This document shows positions 1 to 13,721 of a stretch of 64,000 nt of DNA, in pieces. Origin of the DNA: Iphione sp. A-MEVVRFRX5 (Eukaryota); the NCBI GenBank assembly GCA_976226885.1, contig OZ320315.1:64604001-64668000 (forward strand), read 5' to 3'. Every line of letters starts with the position of its first letter. The first letter of the stretch is position 1. The notes below the pieces were generated by a model, which ran no database searches, was not told the origin of the DNA, and worked only from the letters and a program-made list of their open reading frames with translations. Position numbers and translations under genes: made by a program.

Positions 1-3000
1 ACCTTGCGTTAGCGCGTTTGTGATGATGGATGGGGGTTTAATATTCGGCTATATAGGATATTGTTGTCACGTGGAAAACCTATAGACAAGCTGCACGTAC
101 AAACTATGTTTCTCTGCATTTGGAAAGGATGGAGTATCATAATCTGTGGAACACATGAGCAAGCATTGTTAGTTCTCCTAGTTCTGGTGCGGGTATAATA
201 TGTGATACTTATACGCTTCATACCATGGAGGAGTGGACACTGGGTTTTAATCAGTTGTTTATTAGACGTAAGCCGTAATGGTTCATGCTCAAATACAATG
301 AGCCAGCATTCATTGTTAATCCCTCATTCATGATCAAGGGAGGTCACTAGCTGACATCCATGTTTGAAACTGATTAAAATTGACTGCCTTGGTAATACAT
401 GCGTGTCGTGATTATCCTGCAGAGTCATCCCAACTATATAATGGTCAGTAGCGAGTCCACTCATCCCTTACTTAGGGTACATTTGTATCATGATTATCTA
501 GTGGGAATCATCCCCACTATGTTATAATGGTCCCCCCCCCGGCCCGTTTCTTTTTCATATCTGTAGTGTTAAACATGTCACACTCCCCTGCCTATTGTTT
601 CCCTTTGATGTGCGCCGCGGGTCGACGCTTGGCATCGTCCAGGTGAGTGCACGCTTCATTGCGCACCTTGTGTCCCTTACTCCAGCGGGCTCTCCACTGG
701 AACATAGCCTGTGCTCACTGAGGCGTGTCGTTCCTTCACGGATGGGATCATATTGATTATGAACACAGGCGCCCTGGTGCCACTATTTGTGGAAGGGTTT
801 AGGGTGCCGCCGTTGTCATTTTATGCTATATTTAGGCTCGGAGCGATGTGGAAAAAGATCAGCTTAACCAGTTTTAGTCCAGAACGTCCCTTTAGGGTCT
901 GGCAAAACGCTAACAGACCTGTGGTCAGGGATTTAGTTAAAGGGTTCCACACATACGAGCCCGCATACAATCACCTACACACAAATACACTTAAGAGTAC
1001 AGATATACATTCATNNNNNNNNNNNNNNNNNNNNNNNNNNNNNNNNNNNNNNNNNNNNNNNNNNNNNNNNNNNNNNNNNNNNNNNNNNNNNNNNNNNNNN
1101 NNNNNNNNNNNNNNNNNNNNNNNNNNNNNNNNNNNNNNNNNNNATTTTTGCCCTTCCGTGGTTCCACACACATTATAGCCTGATATGTCGAGCTTCAAGA
1201 TTCATTTTGTATTTTTCTGCTGTCTTTACCTACAGTCACTTAGAGTACTTAGTGTCGAGGTAAATGGTAAAAAAATTGAGGTATTGATGGCCGTGACTCT
1301 ATCGACGACACTTTGTCTTGAGCTGTTTTATGTCGAATCAGCCATTCCTTTAACAGTATACATATACTATGACCACGGATGGTATCAGAATGTCTTTCCG
1401 ATACACATGTGCATGGTCAGAAGTTTCAAATATTTATTGTGATAATCTGAGGCAGAAACACGAAAAAAGGCAAACTATGTTGACCACAACGATCAAAGTT
1501 ATGAATGGGTTTAAACAAAATCGACCCACAAGTCGAATTTTTTTAAGTATGAAGTTGGAACTCAGCATGTTACGTGTTGATCCATTGTTTGCCTTCTTCG
1601 CTGCTGTTTGGAGTCCGCATGGTCATATGTATCCACCTCATAGATACGGAGCACAGATTCAAACCCGACTTCGCCAGCATCGGAAACAAATAACACTTTT
1701 CCGACACACTGGGGCAAGGAGGGTAGCGAAGAAAATGTCCCAAGACCAAACAACTTCGTTCTGTCAATGGAATTCGTGTAACCTTTCTTTTTTTGGCGAG
1801 GGACGCTGGTGTTCCTCACTAGGAACTGGGCGCGTGGTGGCGCTGATGTCGACGAAGGAAAGATGTCGGCTGCTGAGGCGTGGATGGATGGTCTCTGTAT
1901 CCTAGTCCATCCGAGAGTGAGAAAAACGAGCGAAGAACGCACATAAACAGTGAGAAATAAGAGGACGAGAAGGATAGTGGGTCGCCTAACGCTATAAGTC
2001 TTTCCTCGTTGTCAGGCGTATCAATTTCAGCCTTGATAAAAATTGGATGGAGAAGGTGGGTCACACCCTGGGTAGGAAAAACCCCACACCTTTCAAAGTT
2101 AATCTAAACCAAATAACTTCCCATGTGTCAAATTCGTCTGCCGTGGGAATGTTTACGACAGATTGTTGTTCCTTGTGAAATAAGAATGACTCCTTGTTTA
2201 ATTTGTTTATCTTTGGTCATCTGAGCTTCAACGAAGTATTTTTTTCCTTTTATGATATTGCCATCTCTACCGAATTGTAACGGAGAGCATATTTGGTTAG
2301 AAGTAGTTCATGTGTATTAGGGAATACAGGGTCAACGCAATGTTTTATTAGGTATCCACTCCATAATGCACAAGGAAAGTATTAACGTGAAGGGCCTGGG
2401 AGGTAGGGTAAGGGAAAGGGTCGTAATTTAAACATTACTTTCTCCATCATTTCGCTGTATACAGTATCAGGAGAATGTTTCACTAAATAGTTATAAATAT
2501 ATACCTAATAAATGTACTACTGAGTCTGTACTAAAGAGGATGGCTGTCAGAAACCTGAGACCAGTCAGCTGTATACAGAACTGGCAGTCAACCTAGCTAC
2601 TTCGTATTGATGATCATTTCCTGCTAGTGGAGGCTGGATGGGATGCAAGCAATGAGGAATACACAGAGGAAATATACCGCCCCGTCTCCTCCCCCCCCAA
2701 AAAAAAACAAAAACGAAAACAAAAAAAAACAAAAAAAAAACGACCAAGCCCTTGCATCCTTTCCCTGCAGGACCACACTACAGTTACGAGATATGAAAAA
2801 AACTGCCCAACCCCTATAGTGACCAATAGCAGCCACGCTGTGCGGCCTCTGGCGGCTGGCAGGTTAACGTTGGCCGTGTTTTGACGCTTGGTATGCCCCA
2901 CCAGTAGTGTTATCAACTCAGCCGCCACCGTAGTAATAACACGGCAATTTTTCCCCCCCAACTATACCCCGTGCTAGCCGGCACAACCACCATTTTTTCT

Positions 3001-3427
3001 AGATTATATTTTTGTGTTGCTCTGTTGCTTGTTTTATGACCCTGATGTCATTTTTACCTTGGCTGCGCTACTTTTTTTCTCTCCTCTGTTTGGTCCTTCC
3101 TGTGCTATTGCTCCCTCTGGTATTCCTCCCCTATCTTCAACCTTCTGTGGGTCTATAGCTGTCTGCATATCTTTTTTTCTAGGTTTTATCCAGCTGTCTT
3201 ATTTCGGATTATTTTATTCATAATTATAGAAAAATCACAGCTCCTAAGTGGATTTATTAGTCACCCGTATGTGCTTGTTATTCCCCACCAGGCATTAATT
3301 AACTGTGGCGTGGTGCCGCCCCACCGTAAGCCTGTAATTTGGCAATCATTGGCCACAGTGAGCTCATGCACCGGAGGAGCTTAGATCATCTAATAGCGGA
3401 CCAGTTTGGTTGTTATCTCTCCGGCTC

Positions 3428-3535
3428 CTCCGAACGAAACTGTATGGATTATAGAGATTGCTCCGAACGAAACTGTGGATTAGACTCACAGAGATTCCTC
3501 CCAATAAAACTGCATGGATCAGAGAGATTCATCCG
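3428..3535. repeat. Degenerate 33-37 bp minisatellite, about 3 copies
   Basis: CTCCGAACGAAACTG at 3428 and 3461, variant CTCCCAATAAAACTG at 3498, each followed by (A)TGGAT...GAGATT. Confidence 0.8.
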
Positions 3536-4458
3536 GATTAGCTGGTATTTCCAGTATCCTACGGACTCGGCCATAGATGGTTGGCTATTGGCCAAGATAT
3601 GGCTGCAGTCTACTTGCATGCATAAATGAACACACGCCTGCATGTATGTATGTATATTGATATGTGTGTATAAATGAGTGGAAACGCAGTATCTCGTTTG
3701 GATACCCATTTTTTTTGGTGTGTGTATCTATCATCCAGAGTGCAAGCGTACTATCTTGATTTGACATACGTATACACTTACATATGTGTGTATTCTTATG
3801 GCAGTGGAAGTGCACTATCTTGATTTGATGGACATGTACAATTATGTGTGTGTGTGTGTGTATGTGTGCATACCTTTGGGATTGGAAGCACACCATCCTG
3901 ATTGGAGAGATACAGCTCCCAACGGCGCGTCATCATCGCTTCATAGGCAGGTTAACATCCGATCAATATACACAATTATCGACTATCAAGGGATCGAACT
4001 GTGATATGCCTCCAGGGCAAGAGGCAGTTATTGGAGCAGATATACCGCTAGCGAGTCAGGAGGGTCTGCTAGCCCCACATAGTGGCGGTGGTAGGGTGGC
4101 GGGTTGAGGTGAGATTGTGTTCGGCCCGCCGGGAGATGAGGGAGGTTGTGGCTTGAGGAAACGGTTCTTCCCCAGCATCACAACAGTGGGAGGAGTTAAT
4201 TAAAGGTTGCTGAAGTAAAAGCATCGAAAAATGTTTTTTTTTTCTCACGGTAAAGCGGAGTTCTCTTAGCTAGGGGAGTCGCATTGTACGCTGTAGGTTT
4301 TCCTTTACAACTGTATGTATTTCTCTTCTGAAACCATCAGGTCCCCCAATTCCCCTAATTTATGGTTTCTGTTCTTAAAAAAAGGCGTGTCATGCACACC
4401 TTTATGAGGGTTTGAGTTATACTGCACAGTTTTCTTGCTTTCCCTTTCAGTAGTCATA

Positions 4459-4518
<60 letters not shown>

Positions 4519-4550
4519 CCTCTCTCTCTCTCTCTCACTCTCTCACTCTC
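4459..4550. repeat. Compound microsatellite (TCTG)n-(TC)n
   Basis: Read directly. Confidence 0.95.
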
Positions 4551-7500
4551 ACACACATTTTGATGAAATTGGTATGAAATTCCGAGGAGAGAGAAGCTGA
4601 TTTGGGACCCCCTCCTCTGTATCATGTGTATGGGGATGGCCGGCGAGGCCTCTAGGAATGCTGCTGTGTAACTTCTCCGACCCTCTTGTCATAATCTATG
4701 GTTCTCATCTCCAAAAACATTAGGTCAAATAATGCTGTCTTATTTTGGTATTGTTTAAAATACATTTAGATTAAAAACAAACTAAATTAGATCTGTGCCT
4801 GTTAATGTCTATCATGGTCCTTCCAAATCCTTGGTGCACTGAGCCATATAAACATGTACTCGTTATGTAAATATGACAATCAATGTTAGTGTTTGGGAAC
4901 CAAATATACACTTTTTGAGAAAAAAGGGGTTTCCTCTGCATTCCTCTTGGTGCATTGTCAACGTCATTGGATGAAGGTGCTGTCTTCTATACATGTTCAT
5001 GAGTTAGTCATTGGTCAGGTGTGTCTTGTTAAGGGAACCTATAATGCTTCAGTTCGTTTGTGCATTGTAGTATCAAGTGGTTTTGGGGTCCATATAGATT
5101 AATTATTTATTTTAAATAATATCACCAGGATGTACAAGTCATAAATTGCCTTCCTGTGCTTTAGCACGCCCTCCTGTTCATAATGCAGTGTTCAGCGGAG
5201 ACGGGGCTCTCGTCTTTATAATGCAATATTGAATACAACCCTATGAAGCTGACCATTGATTTACACGCACTCTTAGTCTTCTGGTCATACTATTCGAGTT
5301 TTGGAAGGTTGACAGTGTACTGGCCGCGAACACACCGTCCAGCAGCTCCTAATAATAACTAAGTGGGCTCTGATCGATACTGTTACGATGGTCGTCATGG
5401 AGAGCAGACGACAAATATTTGGTCCACTTTTGTCACCCTTTGTAGTCCGAGAAGGATTGGTCAGCCCGGCTTTGGGCTATGGTCTCAGTCTAGACCGTTT
5501 GGAATAAATAGTTCACACATGTGTGTAGTAATCACAGAGAAGCCTCTAATATGAAGACGCGGATATGGACCTAGATATAAAGCCCAAACCTGAATTCAGT
5601 ACCAGTTTGCGTATATTCAAAGTATGGTGTTTGGATATTTTTTCGGGTCTTATACTGGCCCTTTTTTCAGTGAATTTCCCCAAAGGTGACGGTCGTTCAA
5701 AGACTTCCTGCCAAGTGAATTCACATAAATAAAAGGAAATACATATATGTTTCACACCTGCCTGAAGAAAGAGTGAGGGTCGAAAGCTCGCTCAGAAGTT
5801 GTAAAAATCAAGACTTATTCAAAAGACAGATTGCTGTTTCTGATTCGTTAAGTTAGAAGATCCCCTCCCGCACGCACACAGACATACAGACACACAGACC
5901 CGCACACACTCCGCTTGAACTTATGGAATACATTGAGGGGAGGTACCTCATGATACGTAAAGCTATGCGCGGGACTCTTATCTGACAACGATAATGCAAT
6001 CAGTAAAGCTGAAGTAAAAAAATATCTAATCATTCAATGATGCAATAACGGTCAAATCTCTGTTTTGACCACAAGTGAACAATATAAAAGGCATTATTTA
6101 TCACGTTGACGTTTTGATTTTTGGTTACTCAGTACAAAATGTCTTCAGGACGCCATTATTCATGGTAATCCGACATGTTAATGTCTTGTATGGTTCAGTG
6201 TAAGTCTGTCACGCTTGTTCTAGAAATCCTGCACTCAACACTTTTGTCTCACTTGGCAGCACTTATCCCTTTCTTGAGGCAGGTAAAATACTTAATGGGA
6301 TTAACATTTGGAAGTTACTGTATGCAAATACTAAAATGGAATTTCTTTCTGGTGTGTCAGTGGACGTGTGTGCACATTGTTTTCAGGAGAGCTTGGCCTC
6401 TGCTTGACCCGGTGCACGGTCTCAGTAGAGGTGCAGGTTTGTACAGTTTTGTCGTCTAAAAAAAGTACGAAGGACCGTTTAGATTATAAACTACAGAAGC
6501 TTGGAGTCCCAAGTTGGAAGCAGTGGGATGCCATACCCAGCTCATCATAACAACTCGTACCAACACACAGAAACTATGATTATTAAAAGATGACGTTGTC
6601 AGGTAGGAAGGTGTCAGTTGATAAAAGTCTGATTTGGTCATGTTGCGAGTTGGAAATGATAGAAACAATGTCCCCTCTCAAGAGCCAACGCGCGTAGCCC
6701 TGTGGTCCCTGCTCTTGCATTACTGGTCGCAGCGCCGTGTAAACTCCCGATTCCGGATCACGTTTGGTGATTGGAAACAGGCCTCTGTGAGAGGTGGTAT
6801 TTGGGTCAGATACTTTTTTTCATTTTTACCTTGCTGTTTTTTGTTGTTATCATTGCATAGACCTCTCTCCCCTTAATCTGTCTTGATAGTGGCAGACAAT
6901 AGCAAACTTCCGCCTGACCTATACGCCGTTCTCAACTCCATGTCGTCTATGTGACAGATGCCTGTAGCGGATCAGATTGATGTTTTGTTTTAAACGTTTT
7001 GCTTTGGTTGTAAATTTGTCCTCGTTTTGTCATCATGGTTCCCAATTCACATCCAAGTACATTGTAAATTCTTTTGGTAGTGTCATGTCTAGCAGTCCTT
7101 AAGACCGATTGCTTGTTGTCACAAAGGAGGAATTAGGGAAACGAACATGTGATGGAGATATACTGTATTTGATGTGGTAGCCTTTCTGGATTAATAACTT
7201 GTCCCAGAACAAGACCTCCCAGCAATGTCGTCTCCTCCTCTTGTGTCTGTACAAATTGATTCTTCGAAATATACCTACAGATTGATGTACATAAAGCTTA
7301 TTGGTAGCCAGGGATGTCATGCAGTTGCAGCTTTTAACGGGAATTGTTTGCGATAAAAATACATTTGTATCTCTTTATTGGTTTGACCTTTTGAAATTTG
7401 TCTCCCTGCAGCAATTAAGCTGTTATCATAGACACGAAACATGTTGACATTTCACTTTTCTGAACATTACGTATCTCCCATGACATCGTTGTTGTTAAAC

Positions 7501-10500
7501 ACGCAACGCAATGTTCCTAGAATGAACCGTGTTGGCGCTAGAGTTGTTTTATAACCCCACACTATGTGACGGCAACACTTGAAGCGACAGGCCCGACGCA
7601 TGGGCTTCATCATGGTGGGGATTTGTACTTGGTTAGCGTACAGTTTGATACAACTGTCATGTCCGTCAGTATCACTGTATATGTATATGTAATGCAAGAA
7701 TTTATCTATATCAAAAAAGGCGTCTACATACATTTGTAATAATGAACCGTTTTTTGGTTCGTTTTCTGTCAGGGAAAAGAAATGACAAATTTGTACTTGT
7801 CATACTTTTCTTTTTTCCATATGCAAGTCCGACATGGTATTGTTAAGTGCTAATCATTACATTACCTTCAGTTCAGTTTGTCCGGCCTGTCCTGAATAGG
7901 TAAGATATTTGTGCTGTGCTTACCTGGTACACATTAATTATGTACAAGAAGTGTCTTTTCAAGTACTCCGTCCTACAGATTGCTACTTAGGCTCAGAGGT
8001 TATTGTGAACACAAATTAAGGAGGATAGTATTTAATGCTCTGTTGCTTAGATGGTCTCCAAGGGAGAAGATGAGAGAATGGATGAATCAAGACAGAGGCA
8101 TCAGCTTCAGTTGCTCACCTTTAAACAGGCTCTTGTATGCCACATCAATTTACACACTTGAGGTAGAATTGTTTCTTTTTATGTAAAACACTCACTACAC
8201 CAGCTTGCATCTCAACAGGTGCAGTTTTCTTACGGTATAGCTGTGATTAAAGTGATGTAAGTTGAGTCTGTATTGGAATTTATATTTTTTTTTCAATTTA
8301 TTTTCAGCGAGGGCGACAGTAAAACGTTTCCTTTGTACTTGACAACCGTACTATAGCGAAACTGGTCTGATAAATTTGAAAGGTTATGGTGACGAATACC
8401 GTTTACAAGCCTGTAGTAAAACAGGCCAGGAACTTGTGTATCCGTAATACAGTATTCCCCAGCAATGAAAAGGTCTACAAAGAGCCTAAAATACATTATT
8501 TCCAACGTTAGTTGCAAGGTCCGGTGAGACATTATGAACGGTATAATACAGGAGCCTTATAATATAACGTCCCTTCCTTATCCTTACGTACGTTAGAATT
8601 CACCACCGTTTGCTTCGGAGCGTGGCATATTAACGTTCCATTATAGTAAATTAGTCTTGGAGGGCCGGACGAGTGGCCGCCAGAAATATGTTTCGGACAA
8701 CACTGATTGGGAGGAGGTTTTGGCATTGGCTGGCTTTAGAGTCGCCATTCCTAATGGCAATCATTCAGCGCGCAGCCTGGGAAGGAATGTCATTAACAGA
8801 TGGCCTATTTGTGTTTGAATAACAGCTATGCCGTTAAAGACTAGGAAGGCTGTTGTGAACAAGATTTGGTGTTATGAAAGAAACGTTTACCATATCTGAG
8901 CCTTCCATCTGGAACTCGTGCGGAATAAGTGGGTATTTTTAGGGGGTGTGGAGGGTTCTATTGGAAAAGTATTGGCTTCTTTTGGTCCGCTCTGTAAGAG
9001 TAAAAGAGGTTTCCTAGAGTGTCGATCTTTGAATGGTAAGGCTCATCTATTCTTCAGGGCGCTACAGCTGCGATCACAGAGGTGGCTACCTATTGGCATA
9101 ATGAAGAGCAAATGGTTGCCAGGCGCTGTGACGGCCTCCCTCCAATTAGACAGTGGAAATAATACGCAACGACTGTGTATGCATCGTTTCAGATAAGGCA
9201 GGATTTAGTTTGTTTTTTTTTAAACACCGGAAGAGATAAATATATTTCGCCATCCGTTGACATCCGCCCTTCCGGTAAAATCACGGCACCAATTGTCATA
9301 TAATGAAATTAGAAAGCCATTATAGTGGAATTGTAATGGTTCAGTGCTCGTGAATGTCTGTGAGTGAAAGTGTGAGGGGGGGACGGGGGACTAAAGGCTG
9401 AGTGATCGGTGCAGTGCAGGTGTGGTTACAGGAGAGGTTGGGGGTGGGTTCGTTTGGGATGGGTGGAGGCTGGCCCTCTTAGAGAGATCGATCACATGAG
9501 GCCAGCCAAGCATCCAATCTGACTGAGGAGAGGAAGGGATCGATCCTCCCAGCACCTTCACCAGGTCAGACTAGTTGACATTCATCAACAGGTCCATGTT
9601 ACTCAGACTATAGGGGCGGTCAGGATCAAGGGTAGTATACGAGTTGTTTAGCTCAAAGGAAAGTCCCTAGTTTTCTCTGTGATTTACTTCAAAGTAACTA
9701 TTACAGCTATAAAAAGAGCAGCATGTCTTCCAAGAGAAAAGAGTTGTCTCGGCTTTCAAAGGGGCATCATAAAATGACAAAATTGATATAAGAGATCTGT
9801 CGTGACGGCGATAGTACCGTGGCCCGCGCGATATAGGTATATCTTAATCTTATCATAATCAACTACCAGATTATTTCGATTGGTTGACTGGATGTACATA
9901 CAGTAATGTATAAATCTTCCAGAGGAAATAAAGATTTAAAAAAAAAAAAAAAAAAAAAATCTTATGATTTATTTGAAAATACGTTCTTAACCGATTTCTG
10001 TCTCAACTCAGAGTTATACATGATCGAGACAATTGGCCCTGGTACACAATAGTCAATTGATTGAAGAATAAGCCGCGACATTTATTTTAGTGAAATTTGG
10101 GACAAAAACCAAAAGTTTAGTTAGCTTTCAGAGAGGTATCTCTGAATGAGGTATTACTGTATATTAAGGAACTTGTACAGTACTTGTTTGACCCATCAGT
10201 TTTCTGACCCTGTATCCAGTTCTTTTGGACCGACCTCCTCTGCATTTAAAAGACTTCGATTTCTTTAATTGACACTAACTTATTTCTGTCTGTCTGTATG
10301 TTTGATTGAAAAGCCATGTCATATTGCTTGTGACTAGCAGAACCTTGCATGAGTAAACTTGTTCTTTCTATCATTTTGCCGAATGTACAACCCCAACCGG
10401 GCCCTTCACTGTCCGTAGTGTAAGGTTCTTACAGTATGCATGTAGTGGCAACACCTGCCCACTTTTTCAAATAAAATGCAATTCATAGCGATGCCAGACT

Positions 10501-13445
10501 TGCCCATCTGGCCGTACCTCGTCAACCTTACATGTGTTTAGAAGGCAGGAAAGTGGGGATGTGTGAGCACTATCTTCTGCGGCCATTTAAATAGTTCTGT
10601 TGGCATGCAGTCCGCCATGCGCCCATTACGTCTGTTGTAGGACAAATTTAGCTGTGGCTTATGCCTATCTGTCTCTACAGCGTTTTAGTTAAACATAGTA
10701 CAGAACTACGTTTCTGAAATCATCATGTATGGCTTTGCCAGATGTGACCAGGTTACATGTCAAGGATTGCCTTATTCACTTTAATACTGTACAATTTACC
10801 TCGCTAACATGAGGAAGAGTTACCACTTGTTGTGGATCCAAGCAGGAGTCATTTTCGACATGAAACAACATACCTGGTTCTATTCCATAGTTCTACTCCA
10901 TAGTATTATCTGCCTTCAGTCTTAATCTGCTACCTCCACAATGTGGTATTCTACCGCAGTAGAGCACTCTCTTCCTGATGTCTTGCAGTCCTCATCATCG
11001 AAGAAGGAAATGTAAGTTCTCAATTGAAATCATAACATGTTTTAAGAGTAAATATGTGTACCTACACCTCATGTAGCAACCAGTATGTAGCACATTCATG
11101 TCTTGCTTCTGTTAGAAAGAGAATCTGCAGAAATCAGACACGTGTCAAAAATAGCATGTTGTTGGACAAGGTTTTTATTTTCAGCAGATTCTCTCTTTGA
11201 AACGGATCTTAATATCACTTAGGATCAAGCCTGACTTGACTCCCCCCCAAAAGATCCTGTCAATGACATTGACGGACAGTTCATCTCATCATAAGAATTT
11301 CTATATTTTAGTCTCCATCAAGTAAACAGCTTTCCGTACATAAGATAGGATTTCCCACTCGATGCAAAGAAAGGGGAAAATAGCTTTCATTATACTAACA
11401 TGTATTTCTGAATGGGCATTCAATGTATTCCCACAGGCGCAGATGTTTTTTTTTAAGCTATAGCTTGATCAGGTGAAAGGATTGATTAGTATGGTATGAG
11501 TGTTGCATGGACAGGTTCATCCACCAGTTATTTGCACATATCAACCCTGACTGACCTCATGGGTGTGACTAGACAGCTCGGGTGTCTCCTTCCCCGGGAG
11601 GCCGGATGACACCAGAGTCCCAACTACTGGGTGAATTGCAAACTAAAACGTCTATGAACATCAAGATGGAGATCACGCACACAGGGTATATATTTGTTTG
11701 TGAAAAGCGATGTCCTGTAGCGATTAGAAAGAAACATTAGGTCTGTGCTTCAGTACTCGGGGGCTGTACTGTCGGTTCGTACACAGAGAGAGCAGGTTGA
11801 TGGTCTAGATAATGTGTCGTAACGAAGTACATGTATTTGCGGTCCTCCTTCTGAGCTCTCTAGTGGTATGCCGTGTTATCTCTCGGACACAAAGGTAGAT
11901 AGAGGTAATTTAGAGTCGTAAATACAAGCCAGTTAGGCGCGGTGGGAAATTTAACTTCTATTTATCAATAAGATTTTTTTTAAAAAAACGAGATAAGTAA
12001 AAGATCCATTGGGAAGCAAATAACTAGGTATAGGTGTTCGTGCATATATCTTTAGTACATGTTCATGTAAGACAAAGAGCAGGATGGAATGAAAGCTCGT
12101 TTTATAATATTAAATGTATCTTTATGGTTCCATTCCCGTGTTAAATGTTGAATGGAATATCTTCTGATTCCATAACCAAGGATGTAGGAATAATACTCAC
12201 GTAAAGCGTGTTGTCACGTGCTTAAGTGCTCCATAATGTGGCCAAAGAGGATGCATATCTGGAATGATCAGACTTGTTCAGTTTCAAAATGTTTAATAGA
12301 TCCTGATATACTCGTGGCAATGGAAGGCATGAATTAAGGGATAGTGGTGTCCATCGTTATACTAGTTATGTATCCCTCTGAGCTTTCAATATTAGTAGCT
12401 CCCGTGACAATAGTTTGCTCTTACAGGAATATAACATAGACGGTACTTAAGGTATGCCTAGTGTCTGTAAATTGGTGAAGTACGGAATGGAAGAACAATC
12501 GAGTGAAAACGCTGCGTCTCTAGTCAGTACGTACTACGGCCTACTCGGGAAGCGGAAGTACTTAAAAAGAATGACCTTTTGGTTTGCATCCAAAAACAGA
12601 CAAAGCACAAATGTTCCTGGCGATGATAGACACAAGCAGACAACCTTCAAGGGGCCTTCCAAGCCACCCGTTGTGCCACCCACCCACAGCTAAGTAAACA
12701 GTGTTCTACCAGAAAGACCTGCTTGGATCATGTGATATTTAAAACAGTCACGTTGAAGATTTGGACTTTGATCTTGCGATCCTCCCTGGGTTCGAGTCAG
12801 CCCCCTCTATACACGCAGCCTGGGTAGTTGTGAGGCGCGCCGATGACGTTGAGCTGGAATAATCCTATTTATACTTGTTTATAGTGTACATTCCTGCTGT
12901 CGATTGATTTATCGCATTATTTCATTGCCCTATTCAATTCAAAACTCGGGGGTCTCAAACCAACCAACCAGTAAAAACGTCGCATGCTAACTGTAAAAAA
13001 CTTGGACAAGCCTTGCCGAACGTTACAACAATGCATCATTCAAATAGAGATAAAAATGCCCATTAACATCATGAATTATGTAAATATATGCTGAAAATAG
13101 CAGAATGCTTTCAACAGACACCTGTGCTTCAAACATAGTAGGATACAAGAATAATGCAGGAAACTTGACAGTAACAGTCGATTAAGATCTATGGCAGTGA
13201 GCACATGTTAAACGTTGAGAAGTTCTAAAAGCTCTTTTTAGGGCAGCATGAAGCTTGTGTTCGTGACTAACCATTATGTAGATGCACTGGTATTCTGGGA
13301 GAACGACCATATCATGTGACACCCGAGAAAAACGCTCCTCCATGATGTGGAATATATAATTGTTTTGTTGAATTCGAACCGACACTAAGTCTGGATCAAG
13401 GTATTTTATTTTGGCCTTCAAGTTGAGCCATGCTATGGCTTACTA

Positions 13446-13480
13446 TTTTTTTTTTTTTTTTTATTTTTTTATTTCTTTTA
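13446..13480 (-). terminator. LINE 3' end: AATAAA signals and poly(A) tail
   Basis: + strand T17-A-T7-A-TTT-C-TTTT-A, read on minus as TAAAAGAAATAAAAAAATA17. Confidence 0.85.
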
Positions 13481-13721
13481 TACAGAAACCTGACATCAAC
13501 CTAAAGGCTGGTTTACAGCCAGGACTGTACATAAAGTGTAATCAGAGCACACTAGCAGCCATATTATTACCAATAATCTAATGAAACTAAAACCAGGCCA
13601 AGATACTAATCAGGAGAATTTATACAGTGAATGTTATAGATAGGAAAGACTTAGTACTATTCACCTGAAAAGAAACAGAGTCAGGTATCAGCACAATAAA
13701 TAATGTTGTTCATGTCTTAAT

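Noticed and set aside
1250-1320. VEVNGKKIEVL resembling a retroviral aspartic protease strand
   Set aside because: The catalytic D(T/S)G is absent and there is no gag, RT or LTR context.
1600-1790. Penelope GIY-YIG-like echoes (HLIDTEHRFKPDF; KEGSEENVPRPNNF)
   Set aside because: Pieces are in different frames, no YIG-x-T motif at the right distance and no RT nearby; too weak without an HMM search.
5848-6033. 61-aa minus-strand ORF with signal-peptide-like start and a KR site (MIRYFFTSALLIALSLS...FKRS)
   Set aside because: AT-rich codons unlike the true host exons, C-terminus derives from TG-rich simple sequence, and no homology recognised.
12770-12810. B-box-like GGGTTCGAGTC (also GGTTCGA at 37048, 52582; A-box-like TAGCTCAG near 34540)
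   Set aside because: No cloverleaf and no correctly spaced A/B box pair, so no tRNA or SINE call.
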